A stretch of DNA of 64,000 bases. It comes from Trichoplax adhaerens (Eukaryota > Animalia > Placozoa). Of this stretch, positions 12,134-26,534 are shown piece after piece. The stretch lies in contig NW_002060944.1 in NCBI RefSeq assembly GCF_000150275.1, positions 2,766,152 to 2,830,151 on the forward strand, read 5' to 3'. The first letter of the stretch is position 1; each line of letters opens with the position of its first letter. The notes beneath the pieces are model-generated. The model was not told where the DNA came from, did no database searches, and worked only from the letters and a program-made list of their open reading frames with translations. The position numbers and the translations under genes were made by a program.

Positions 12134-15100
12134 ATGGCAGATAAGGAAGAAAATGGGACTAAATCCGACGCTACCTCTAGCGAAAATTTAATATCAGTAA
12201 TGACGAAAGAAATCAGTGATGATCAAGCTGATAGCCGTGCACCTATTGCTGACGAAGGCGCTACCAGTATGTATTATTAGCATCATTTTTAATAAATCGC
12301 ACTCTGACTTTTATGCTTGACCAAAATATACGGTCTCTTCTAAGTACTCTCCTATACTTGATTATATTTTGCAATACTACACATCCTACTTTGCTTTACA
12401 TTGTTTCGTTCTTGCTTAATAAATCTAAATTCATTTGTTCTAACTTTTGACAATATGAGACATCAACTGCATTTTTTCTTAGTAAATCGAGTTCTTATGA
12501 TGTATGCTTCGCATGCCATTTATTGAAACTCATATGTAATCTTATGCAGCAGTGAGTACATCATTAAAAGAAAAGAATGAACCATTAAATTATTGTTTTA
12601 ATAAACTGATTCCAAATAGTTGTAATTAATATTGTCAAAGGTCCTTTTCAATCAGTTATTTATTGATTATACTTATCTATGTAAATGGAAGCTAATCTTT
12701 AATTTGATGCGAACGTGATTAAATTAGGCAACGAGGATCCGCCTTCAAATCAATTTAATATGAACACAGTACTGGAGCCAACTTTTGCCAAAACTGGTAT
12801 AAATATTAGCTAACAATGAAAATTATTAAAAGCTGACTTTAGTAACATGCTATGCTTTAAATGATAATGTAAGCAGTATCCATTATGAATTGAAAGCGTT
12901 CGTGCATGCTATAATTGTACTTGTCATATATGCCAAAGTGTACTATTTTAAATATTTCCTCTTTATGCTAAAAAAATACAGCAACAAATTCGGATGGCCC
13001 GTCGACAACAACCCTTCAACAGTCAGTAACACCTGAGCATTTGATCGCATCTAATATTTCTGAAAGTTCAGAAGCACCCAAAGCTTCTAAAGAATCAGAG
13101 ACGCAGGATACCACTTATGAAATATTTGAAGGTTTGACTTGCCTTGGATCATCAACAGTTAATGCTCCGAAAAGTGAAACTGAAGCTCAACGGGTTATGG
13201 CAACCATGAGAGAAAATTCCGCCAAAGCTATCGAAGTACAGTAACTAAAGAAAATTTGATACTCCTAGTAAATATTAAAAATACAAATTCTCATCAAAAA
13301 TATATTACTTATCTGATTGGCAGGTCAATCTATCCGTGCCAAGTGATGTTAAGGGTTCCGTTGCTTTATTAGATCCTATAACTGGATCTGAAATTTGCAG
13401 TTATCCAGTCACTAGAATTTTATTTTGCGCCCGTGGTAACCCAAAAGCAGCAGAAAAAGACTGTTTCTCGTTCAGTTCTACGTATCAAAAGACGGAAATA
13501 TTTTACATCCATGTATTCCAATGTACAAATCAGTCTTTGGTAACACTAAATTCATATAACACACCACTAGATTACGACTAGGTAGACTTCACGACTCATG
13601 AAATAAAATTTTCTTTCAAATACAGGCCGAAAAGGTTTTAAAGGCTTTAGGAAATGCATTTCGAAACATGGATGTAAGCTTATTTAATCACGCTCTAATT
13701 ATACCCTTATCACCGTTTATTTACATATTTATCCGTTAATACAGGTACAAAACTCGCCAAATTCCGATCAAGATAATCCCAACATTACTTCTTTTAGTTT
13801 TCAATTCGATATTACATTAGATGTCTTGGAAAAGGACGAAGGCATATTCCGGCCTGTACCACGAGAAAGTGGAGTTTTTAAGATTAGAGAGAATCGTTTC
13901 AAGCAATTTTCTGCTATATTGAAGCAAATAAGTGGACCAACGAATGTTAACATTATAAAGTACTCAGAAATCTATTTAAAATTATCACCTGGATTTTGCA
14001 TGTATTGGTATCTTCTCATTCTTATCATCTTTACGCGCCTAAAAATTTAGATGCATGGGGCTATTACTATGCCCGGGACCGGCACAATTAGCTAAAACCG
14101 AGAAATTATTTCCTATGAATGAGGTAGAGATAGGTTTGAATCACACATTTATTTCATATTTCAATCAAAATACAAATACCTACCTAAATTTCTTTCAGAT
14201 TTATTTTAAAATAAATAATGGGAACAAAAACTATGAAGTAATTGGAGTTTGGAATCCTGAAACGTTGTTTAATGTCAATTCAATCAACGCAAAAACTCCC
14301 AAAGGTGACACCAAACACTTATGCGAGTATACTGAAGGCGAAAAATTCAGCTAGTATTATGTTGAAATATTAACTTTATTTTGTACTTATAGGCATGCAA
14401 GTTTATGCAACGCTTGCAATGGATGTCGTGTTTGATAGAGTATTAGAGCCAGTACGGTTATTATGGTCAGTCCAATTATTACATTGTTGGAATGGTATGC
14501 TGTAACGTTATCTTATAATTTAATGGATAACCTGTTATAGGGATATAAAATTAAAAGTTTATGAACGACTTGAAATTGTACCAGAATCTGACAGAATGAC
14601 ACGTCATTCCGAAAGCTTCATGATTCAAGTTAAGAAGGTATTTTAGAAATAGATTACAAAAAAACTATTGAAGCTTTGTATATTCTATTCAGATGACAGA
14701 TTATTTAGAGTGTGAAATGTTTAACGGTACTATTGATTTAAAATTATCATCACGCCCATACTATAATATAAAATTATTTCTCATATATGTTATACAGATG
14801 CCTCATCAGGAAGGCATTAAAGGTAACTATCGTGTAACCGGGACACAGCGTATATGCGTAGGCTTGAGTATAAATAATACTAGCCAACAAAATGAAGATC
14901 TAAATTCAGGTATAAAGATTAATATATCGATTGATGTAAATATTATTGTGTGTCTTGTAAGTGATGTCTTGATTTAAATTTCTACTGTAGGAAATTCAGA
15001 TGATGAAACTGTTTTATCTGGTAGTGGCAACGTACAACAGGACTGCAGTGATAATGCATTAATTGACTGGTCAGAAGTTTTGACTAGATGGACAAATACT

Positions 15101-17776
15101 AAGTCGCGCCCTAAAGAATTAATACAGCTTGTTAGAAAGGTAACTGCTAATTATGGTACTACAGTCATAAACTGATAGCTAACTTTTTGTTGTTAATAGC
15201 TATGCATTACCCACTGTAGGTTATTTGTAATTGTGCATGTATAACTTTGAAATTAGGGTATTCCGGAACCTTTGAGGGGTCAGGTGTGGCAAATGCTAGC
15301 CGGTATCGTTGAAAATACCGATTTGCTGCAAACATATTCACATCTGTTAACAAAGGTAAAACGAAATCCTATTTAATCAAGCTATTTAATAAGCATAGAA
15401 CTAGAGTATGTTGTATTTTATTCGTATAATAGGAATCTCCTTCCGAAAAAACGATCCTTGTCGATCTCGGACGAACATTTCCGGCTCATCCAATGTTTAA
15501 AGATCAAGATGGAGAAGGACAATCAAATTTATATAGGATTTGTAAAGTAAGAAATTTGCGAAATATCTTTCTATCAATGTATTAATAGCTAATGGCTTTA
15601 TGCAAATTATGTAACCGTACAGGCATATTCAGTGTACGATGAAGAAGTTGGATATTGCCAGGGCCTATCTTTCCTCGTAGCTGTATTAATTTTGCATGTA
15701 CGTGAGTGCTATAAAATGAGAGGTATATTGTTTGTTTTTCAGGAGAAGTGAATATCTAATCGTTGAACTTATTTAATTAGATGCCTGAAGAGCAAGCTTT
15801 TTGTGTATTAGTAAAGATAATGTATACAGATGGCTTACGAGATTTGTTTAGATTAAACTTTGAACAACTACATATCAAATTTTTTCAATTAGAAAAGCTA
15901 CTGGAGGTATATCATCATAACATTAGAACTTACTTAACTATTACATTCATATCAAAATTAACACCTTCTTCTATTTACAACAAGAAAATGCTACCAGATC
16001 TGTATTATCATTTCCAAGGCAACAGAGTAGAAGCTCATATGTACGCATCGCAATGGTTTTTAACGCTTTTTACAGCCAAGTTTCCTTTAGCAGTTTCATA
16101 TCATGTTATGGATATGTTTCTTTGTGAGGTTTGCACAGCATAAATATATAGCATGAATACTGTATTTTTTAGCAATGTAGAAAACCTTATAAGAATAAGC
16201 TCCTTACTCGGAATGTTTTACCATAATTGACTTTTTACTACTATAGGGCATGGAAGTATTATTCCGAGTTGCAATTACGATTTTAAAGGTAAAATATGGC
16301 CGTTAAATATAATTGTATCCGTCTGAGCATATATTAACTAAGATTTCAATTTAGCATATATCCAAGGAACTTCTATTGTTGGATTTTGAGGGAATTATGA
16401 AACACTTTCGAGTTACTTTACCAAAAAAATGCTTATCAGAGGAATTTTGTTCTCGAGTTCTACTTGACTGCGGGAGAGTCAAGGTTAGTATTTCTTATGT
16501 TATGGTCGTAAGGTATCATTACTAAAATGATAAATCTGTAACCATTTGAAGATTGATAGTAAGAAATTACGCAAATACGAAAAAGAATATTACATTTTAA
16601 AAGAATTACGTGAAGAAGAAGATCCAGTCATGGTTTTAGAGGTATTTTGATTCCTAATTAATTTCACGCTAATTCGATTGCTCCTTAAGTGTATGTATGC
16701 ATATTGTACTAGAAAATTTCTTTTCCAATGACAGGAAAAGAATAGATATCTCATGAGAAGTATTGCCAAAACAAGGCAAGAAAATGAATCATTAGGGCAG
16801 GAATTGACAATTTTAAAAACAATACATAATCAATCAACGGAAGAGGTTATCTGTTTAATTATAATTGTTAGAATTTTTAAGAATTGTACGAGTCAAATAT
16901 CGAAGAAATTAGATAATGTTATATTATCAGTAACTTTAATGGTGATTTAAAACTATTTCTGTAGGCGAAAGAAAATATGAGCTTAATGAATAAAGAGCTA
17001 ACTAGTTTGCAGTCTCAATATGCTGACTTAGATGAAGATAAACGTAGATTGCAAGCGGAAATTAAAGAGGTTTCTACATATATTAGTGATTACTTCCATT
17101 GATACGAAAGTTATCAGTACTTGTGTATTAATTTATTTAAATTACGCACATTCCTTTTTACAAGATTAAAGAATTATATCGGGATACTGTTGCCAAATCA
17201 AATGATGAAGCTAACCGACAAACTAATATTGTCAAGGAATATAAGCAGGTACGACCGTTCGAAATAAAATCATCTTTATCTGTTCATGCTTTTTATAAAT
17301 TATATAATTATTGCACATGCTCGATATCATCCATAATTATAATTTTGAATTTATTAGATATGCTCTCAGCTTCAAGATAGATTAGAGAAGCAAGAAAACG
17401 TTTATACAAAGCAAATTAAAACAATAAAAGTAAGCCTGAAAGATATGTTATTGTAAATTTCTTTCATAACCATTCACGTACCTTTTCTTAGGCAAAAATA
17501 TTAAAAAAGTACCCAGATTTGGCCGATAAAGTTGATGAAGAAATCGATAGTCTGGCAGATGAGAATGCAATTGGAGCGGATGATAAAAGCAAAAGTTACA
17601 CAGAATTAGGTGCGTTGGAAGAGAAATTTAGGAAAATGGAGGTTGATTATGCTCATACGAAACTAGAATTGGTTGCAAAGGAGTGCAAAATACAAGAATT
17701 GGAGCATCAATTGTCTGGATTAGAAGTAACCCTTGCAAAGCACGGCAGTAACTGGTTCGCAAAGTGGAAAAAGTAA
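12134..17776 (+). CDS. RABGAP1: Rab GTPase-activating protein 1 (GAPCenA/TBC1D11)-like: PTB domain, linker domain, TBC domain, coiled coil; ~20 exons
   Basis: PTB-like segment ([40 protein letters not shown]), family motif [16 protein letters not shown] motifs [45 protein letters not shown] and [12 protein letters not shown], and a C-terminal coiled coil ending NWFAKWKK*. The start ATG at 12134 is the most likely one, not certain. Confidence 0.9.
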
Positions 17777-18446
17777 TACTCGCTAATATGGATTTAAATT
17801 CTATGAATAAGCGTAATTTAATCTAATATCTAGGATCCATTATTTGGGACTGCCGAAAACGTTTAGAATCGAATAGTAATATATGGATTTTTCAATTATT
17901 TTGCCCAGTTAGATGTTCGATGTGCTTGCAACTTTGAAACAAGTTAAAAAAATGTGTAATATATTTGCGCTAGTGAATTGACATTTACCTAATTAAAGAA
18001 AACTAAATCGTCGCTTTAAAATGATACTGGATGTTAAATCATAACCGTTTAAAATGGTCTTATTTTATCCTACTTGAAATTGCTGCTATATTTTGTAAAC
18101 CATAAAATCACCGCACTGGATGCTGCGATCTAGATAAAGTATATCATTTGCAAATTTATGTATCGTTTTTTAAATGTGTTCTTGCATATGTATATAAATA
18201 TGGAATACATCGTGACTGTAATTGTATCTTATAGTAGAAGCATCAGCATGTAAAATATATATATACAATCAAGTGAAGAAATATAGTAAAGATGATATTG
18301 AACGAACTTTTTATTTTTTAAACTTTGCAATGAACGTTAACAAGTTTATCGCTACGTATAGGTCATTTATAAATCCAATCACCACGAAATTGCAATTACT
18401 AATAATCTACTTGGAAATGCATTTACGAAGAGTCTAATTATATTTA

Positions 18447-21035
18447 TTAGTATTTGTAGACTTTTCCACTCTTAATTATTTTAATCTTCTTCCCACGATT
18501 CAACCGAGAAAAACTATGATGACCTAAATTGCCGTGTGAGTAAAAATCGCCGAAAGGTAGTCCTTTAAATTGCGAAAACCCACCGAATCTTCCTCTGTTC
18601 CGATCTAAAGTTTTTTACAAATTCATAGGAGTAAATGTCTATCAATTATAATGCTTTTATGTCTTCAGTTGCAGTACGCACGAATCATGTTTAAAAATGA
18701 GGATGCATTTCATAGCTATTTATGGCTCTAACCTGAACAGGTCGGACCAGTGAAACCGTTTCGGCATTTGCATTCGCCAGTCTGAGCATTGCAATCACCA
18801 TGTTTGCAACTACAGCGGAATTCGCAGTCCGGCCCAAAGTTACCCTTCGAGCATGCTGTATAGAAATATAATTTATTAAATTAGACAAATTTATTCTAAT
18901 TTCTACGTTTAAGTTAAAAAATAATGAAACGGCCAATTAAGTGTATTGTAGTGAAAAGTAATAATGAACATGAAGATTAGAAGACAAATTCCATTTTTAA
19001 AGTATTTTATGTATTGATAACTTACGTGTATTGCAATTAGCTCCCATGTATCCAGCTCTACATTTGCATAGACCATCAGTTGGATTGCAGAAATCGCCAC
19101 GCCCAACATCACATTTACATATTGACTGACAATTAAGACCGTATCTATTCAAGCCACAATCTAGTCGATTACATGAATTTAATTTATCATCAGTGAACTA
19201 TAATTGTATACGTTCGGGAAATTGGTTGTAAGCTGTTTTAAAATAACTTAGTTTTCAGACTAGTAGCTGCTAAGGCCACGCCATAATGACACAATTACTA
19301 ATATACGCGAGTACTGTATATATTAATTAGTATTCATCCAGCTTACTTCTCGAACATTTTGGACCAGTTAAACCAGGTGGACAGTCACAAGTCCCAGTAA
19401 CATGATCACACTCGATAACATCTCCGTTACCATTTGTGTTGCAGTCGCAAATTTGCAAACAGTCACGTCCAAAGCGTCCTTTAGGGCATTGCTGTTCACA
19501 TACAGTACCGATATAACCATCTTTGCAAATACATCGACCAGTTTCTGGATCACAAGAGCCGTCATTTTGGCAATCTGGGCAACTATTGCTGCATCCAGGA
19601 CCCCATCGTTCAGGATCGCATCCTACAGGAAGGACAAGATTCATCGTACATGTTACATAACCACGTAATTTAAATTAAATCACTGGCGACTGATTAAGAT
19701 ACTTGTAGCTACCCAATACTGTAGTCGATGAAAGTAATAAAAACGAAAGTTTCATTGTGATGATACAAATAATTGTATAGTACAGTCTAATACTAGTTAT
19801 AATGGTTGCAAGAACCTGTAGTGTAGTATCCTTTAGGCCATTGACAATTTGAAATATCAACTGTATCAATATTATATCTACCCAATTTCATAAGGTAATG
19901 TAATCCGTTTAAAGCATAGAATAGTTATTTTACTTTTAATGTACTGGAATAGAAAAGTGAACATTTCAACTTAAATTGCTATTCTGGGTGGTATACCTAT
20001 ATTTTAACGGAAGCTAGAATAATTAACTGTTATAATTAAAATGTAAGAATAAATTTATTATCATTGCTTAAGCATGAAATACCATAAAGTACGACACTTA
20101 TCTATCCAGAGAATACACGCATGTTCTGGTTGATATACTGCATTATATAAGATTATTAATACTATAATTAATTTAAGAGAATTTTATGTGCACTATTTCT
20201 ACTACTGTCCTTATTTTTAGAACTTATAACTCATAATAAGACTACTTAATTATTTTAAATTGGACTCTCATAAACTTCATCTTTAATTTGATGTGAATCT
20301 GCCTCTAAGAAGAATTAAAAGGGCTTGTAATCACTATTCCAGTTATAAAAACCAAATATAACCTCTAATACAGTAACATCAAAGCATTGAGCCATAAGCA
20401 GCAGCAATACCGTACTTAAGCCAATTACAAGTATAACAGCTGCAACTCACAAATGATCCAAGCTATGGTAATATCCTCGTAAAATTGAAAAGATAGAACA
20501 TTTATAAGTCAATGCAGTGGTACTTACGCTGACTGCAGTCTGTTCCATGGTAGCCAGCGATAGTTGAACAATCACAATCTCCAGTAATAGCATTACATAA
20601 AGCATTATTAGCACAAGGGCAGGAACTACGACATTGATCACCAAACGAACGACCAGAGCAGCCAATTCCACATGCAATTCCAGTGAAGCCAGAAGAACAC
20701 TCGCATACCCCAGTGACTGCATCACATTCGGCCTTATTAAAGCACTGGCAGGCTTGACGACAACCTTTGCCAAAAAATCCATTAGAGCATTTATTTTCAC
20801 AACGGACACCGATGTAACCAGCGGGACAATCACATCTTCCATTACTACAAAATCCCCCATTTTGGCAGTTGCAGTTGTCGAAGTCATTATCGTTACCATT
20901 TTGACTATCTTGACTAAAATATCCATCGTTATAAATTGATAATCCATTGCCATTTCCATAGCCATAATAACTTTTACATTGTACTACAGCTATGCATAGA
21001 AATAAAATTGTTAAACTAATAAGGATCTTAGCCAT
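18447..21035 (-). CDS. Secreted laminin-type (MEGF10/SREC-like 8-Cys) EGF-repeat protein, 399 aa, 5 exons (21035-20528, 19622-19347, 19160-19026, 18855-18733, 18604-18447), no TM
   Basis: Signal peptide MAKILISLTILFLCIAVVQC, about 7 repeats of the type CxxGxFGxxCxxxCxC..CDxVTGxCxCxxGxxGxxC, all phase-1 GT-AG introns, and exons summing to 1200 nt. The last exon encodes DRNRGRFGGF...KSGKVYKY*. Confidence 0.85.
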
Positions 21036-21134
21036 AATGGTCGAAAGTAGTTTTTTAATAATGAACGATTTCCAAAATATAAGGTCAGTAATAAACTTTC
21101 AAAAGATTACTTCTACAGCGTAAAGCTCCGGGAT

Positions 21135-21141
21135 TTTTATA
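21135..21141 (-). promoter_or_regulatory. Candidate TATA box of the secreted EGF gene
   Basis: GGTATAAAAATC on the minus strand, ~100 bp upstream of the ATG at 21035. Confidence 0.45.
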
Positions 21142-24100
21142 CCTCTTCCATGGTGCAATTTCAACATGACAAGATTGAAAAAATTTAATGCAATTGCCAT
21201 AACACCTTTCAGTCTGTTTTCTCAACTCTTTTGTAATTTGAATCAGGTATTAAACATACGAAATTTATTTTACACAATATTTATATTATAAGAAAGTGGT
21301 ACTATCACAATATTAAGCAGCCCAATTGCTTATCACCTGAATTGTTTATGGCTCAAGCGTATCTGTAAGAAATACTTGATAATTATTATTTAGCAGTTAT
21401 TCTTTTAACGGTTAATAGATTGCGAAAGAGAAGCGCTATTTTAACTGAAATGGATTAGAATTAGTGCTGACTAAATGATATTAACCGTGATGTATCAGGT
21501 TTATTATTCTCACGAATGAAAAGTGGATATGAAACCAGGTATATGTGGTATTATTCGATAATAATTAAGCTGCATATTTTTCCGATAGTTTTACAGCTCA
21601 TGCGGTCATGCTCAAAATCATATAATGAAAGAATTAGTTAAAAGAGACTTTCTGACTAGCAAGTTCAGCTGTAATATTAAAGTAGAGACACGTACAAAGA
21701 AATTTTCCAGTGTAGCCGCTACGGTACATCAAATTATATTGCGTTGCTCTCATTTTGTTAAATTATTTATAAAAAATATATACTGGAACGCTGAGTCTGT
21801 TCCGTAGAGATTTGATTTTATTCTATAATATCATCAATTATCCATGTGTGAATCATTGTGACGGTTATCACAACATTTAGCGGTACTGCTGTAACTAACT
21901 AATCATTTTTACTTCATCAGGGCCATTAAGCTATTTCGAAATCAAATAATTTCAATTATACCACCCTAATTAATTTCGACTTACATGTTATAATTGTTCC
22001 AGTTTGATATCTCAAATATATCTGTTAACACTACTTTCCGATATCGCGCAAAGTAACAACTCGTATTTACGTGCAGACTTAATCAAATGAAGTCGCAAAA
22101 TTATAGTTGTTATTCGAAATACTGATACTGACTTATTAATAAACTCATTCTTCCGATCTGCTATAGCAAGAAAACAATTTATCTTTTTCTCTATTATCAT
22201 TATCGATGTGAATCAAATAATTTAATAGCTTATTCAAATAAAATTATCGCTTCCTTATTAGTAATTACTGTACATAAAGATTTTTGTAACCGATTTTTAT
22301 GCGAATAAATAATTCATTGCAAAATTATTCTTATATTATAATGATAGTAAAGCATACGATATTGCTACGAGACTAAAGACATGGTGATTATGGTGCTCCG
22401 TAAAGGTGTAACTTTGTCTTTGCGAGAAAAACAGACAATTAATACATAAAATTAATTTACAAGGACAAAATGACACTATTTTCCCGTATATATTATATAC
22501 AATATATATTTTTGAGGTATCACTCTGTTACCACAAAGATAGAGCAGTATGAGATTGACACATTAAAGATTGAAAGTAATTCTCTTTAATATTACGGTTA
22601 ATCTCATATGAGTAATGAATCCAGAATCACCACACTTAATGAGAATTCCGATTATTAACTGAAGCGCAAGTATCATTTGCTTTATTAGTCCCCTGACGTC
22701 CACTGTGATTTAAGAATTCGATATACTGTATCAAAGACTACTGAAAAAGAGAATCTGTTTTCCAGTAGTCCTTATCTGTGTCGCAACCCTTTTCAAAAAA
22801 ATCAAATTGCAGCTCTTAACTGAAATAAGGTTACAGTAATTCATTATCCATTTAAAATTGCAAGAGTTGCTTCATCATGCCACTTTATAATTGTAAATGA
22901 ATACGTAATGTGCAAGCTTACCTTTAATTACATTCGAGGTGCTAAAATAATGCCTATGCTCTAAAATACGATTTCAGCTAATTTTGTGAGATATGATGAT
23001 AAATTTTTACTGACAATAAACGTCCTACGAACTCTATTTTTAATGCGATGTAACACTATTAAATTAATTTGATGTTGGTTTCTAACTTCACCAGAAACTT
23101 TTTAGAAATACTTTAATCGTAGAAATACATAGAAAGATTCGTTCGTAAATAAAACTGTTCTTAGCTGTCGTAGGAAGCTTACAGTTGAATAATAGAACTC
23201 ATTGTTGTACGCAAGGATTGTGCTGGACAAGGTGGTTTAATATATCTCCTATGTAGATTCCGCAGTCTGCGGCGTATAATGCTGGTATCCTAACAGTATT
23301 TAGGATTTAAAGGCTATGTATCTTCCGAAACTGAGATATAAGATTATGTAGAAATTTAGGCCACAATGGCTAGAATTAACTCAATTTAAAAATTATAATA
23401 TTTTGGTATATGATACCCTGTATCCAATCTGTTATCTATGACAGAGGAAGCATTCAATAATAGTTAATTTTATTTTACCTTTTGTTACACTAACTAATTT
23501 GTAATTTAAATAAATTAGTTTTGGTCTACAATTTTATGTATAAAGCTAAGTTAATATCGTACTTCGATTCCTAATCGGTATAGAAAAGCTCATATTAGTT
23601 CATAGTCAGTTTTATTAGACTTAAAAGTTAATCAACGTTTTCTTTTTCATAAGAATCCAATACCAATTCATTTGAGTACTAATTAAAGAATTATTCGCTA
23701 TTATCCATTAAAGGATATAAATTAATTTTAGTCATTATAATCCTATTTTGATAATAACCCAGGTAAAATTATCAAATTTAGGATTTGGATTAAGCTGTAT
23801 TTAACTCTATTAAATATTAGTAAGATATACGTAAGACAAACTATTTTGATTGCCACGATTCAGGCTAATCTTTATTTCAAATTGTAATATTGCAGTAGCA
23901 CATATTGAGTTAAAATTGGATACTTTACATGATAGATATCAGGGTCATTGCGCAAATATCTATACAAACTACTCCATTTATGCCCTTTGATGGTGTTTAT
24001 GATATTGAAAGAGGCAGTAATAATGATTACGAGAACCATGAGTCTATTATCAGTGCAGTGTATTTAGAATATACTGTAACTATATTCTACTCTTAAATAT

Positions 24101-26534
24101 AGACATGTTGTTTTGCTCTTATATTTAGATATATTTACAATCCGCTTACTTCACATTCATATATAGGCTACTGTATTTAGTTATTACAGTACTCGCTATT
24201 TTCTACTATCATCTGCTATTCTATAACCTGTTATGGTATATGTTGTATCTAATCCTACAATCATGTTCTCTGCATGTGTTCTAATGCCATAGTTATAAAT
24301 ACCGCCTTTTTCTGCCTTAGATTTCTTAAGTTGCATTATTAGTCACAGTTAGTATTCACACTTTACTCACGGCAGCTACCACGCTGACCTACCGTAATTA
24401 TCGCATTGTACCTAACTACTATCCACAATAAAGTATCCTCTTTTTCTTAAGCTCCTTGTGCAATTCTCTGCATGGCAACTAAAACCACATTATCTGACTC
24501 TTCGAACCCTCCATCACAATCAGTATCTAATTATAAAATTTTATTATGCTGCATGTATAATTACGCGTGTAACCTGACTTGATTTGAGCATTTAAATGAC
24601 CTTATAATTGGATGAAAACTGTAAAATTACTTGCCATAAGATTAAGAAGCTGTAGTATTTAAGCAAAATTTATGTCATACAGGTACCCTAAAATCGGGTT
24701 ATGATGTCAAATTATTATTAAGCTTACTCTCCAATAGGTGCTGATCTGCGTAATATTGTATGCTGTAAATGATTACGTTTAATTTAAAAAAATCTTATAT
24801 AAACCTAGAAATTTATTCAAACCTTATGGTTAATCGCCACAGTAAGTTATCAATTCTGAAATAATGTATTCGTAGATATCTATATTTCGACAAAGTAGCC
24901 AAGTGATTCGATCTGTTCATCCATGGAGAACTAATTTATCAAGTTGTCCATAAGATGGTTTGATTCCTATCACAATACTGCATTATGGTTAACAGCGTTA
25001 ATATTGCAAATCAAATTGCGAATCGGTATTATAGTAATATACAATAATTAGATTAAGTGTAATAACGCTATTTGCATATTACCCTATCCTAGCTATAATA
25101 TTACAGCGTAATTTAGCAGCCGTATAGCTATTTATTAAACTATGTCAAAAATAAATCTTGAAATAGTGAATGGTGATGATTGTTTTGAATGATGATAGTA
25201 TTAGTGACATTGCTGACATATTACTCGATTCCTGCTACAATATCACAGAATCGGTTAGTCATAAGAATGAATAACTGAAGTGCTACTAGTACGCCAGCAT
25301 CAATTCATTAAGGCACAGTTTGTCTAATTGGTGAATATAATTATATGTTACTCGTAATCATTAAAATATCTCTTCTAGTATTACAGGATGATTAAGTAAT
25401 GATTGCTACAAGTTTAATGATTTTATCTACTAAGATAGATTCCTTCAAATTTAGTCCTAAAACACAGGAAAGACACTGGTGTTTTAAGTATTGATTTAAC
25501 TTAGTATAATATAAACAGTAAGGCGCCATAAAACATATAATTAATAAGATAGCAATTGTGTACGTATGTATTCAGTTTGAGTACATACTTTTAATTGAAA
25601 AGCAATTCATTCAATTCATACAACATGCTAAGATGTAGCCATGGCTAATATTGGACGATATCGTCATCAACATGTTTATTCATTTTAAATTAGTCCAACT
25701 GTCACGACGTATCTTAAGCGTCAGGTTGTGATGATTACCATGACTACAGGCGTTACCATTGGCTATTGATGACAATAATTCATTGTTTTACAGCTAATTT
25801 CAAATATGAAATAATAATTATTGAAACGTCATAATACTATCTTCTCTTTTATTGTATGAGCAATCAAAAATAATACAAGATGATCAAACTGTAGAAAAAG
25901 AGAAGTATAGTTTGGTAAGTATATCAGTACAGTAATTGGTTGAAGTGAAAAAACAAGAGGAAATTCCATACTTAAAATTCCACCATTAGTGGAAGATAAA
26001 AAAAATTACTCTTAGATTATTATCAAGATCCATTAAATGTAATCTATCATCTCGCTAGATTAGTAGTTAGCTAATTTAACATTATGATAGAATCAAAATA
26101 ATAAAGGGAAAGATTAGAAGGAACATTTTATTACATCATTACAGGTTAGATAATATTTTAAATCTAGATAAGATATCATCGTCGGTATCTATTATAGTCC
26201 GTGCTGACATTTTGAAACTATTCTTATATTCTTGTTAAGTCTACTGATCGTATGTATTCTGGTAACCGTATGAAAGAAGACTGTAATATTATCTTCTTTT
26301 CTTTTATACACACTTGGCTGATTCAACATCACGAACAGACTGTTACTTAATCATTGCAAGATTATTGTATATTAGCTGGCTAACAACATCAACTGATTAA
26401 TTGTTATTCCCAAAAGTTTCTTAGGTTATTTAGGTCAGATTAGATTTTACATAATTGATATGAATTGATCGTAATTATAGCCCATTTGGCAACTATTTTA
26501 ATTATTATCTATCGCTTAGTTAGATTTATAAGTA

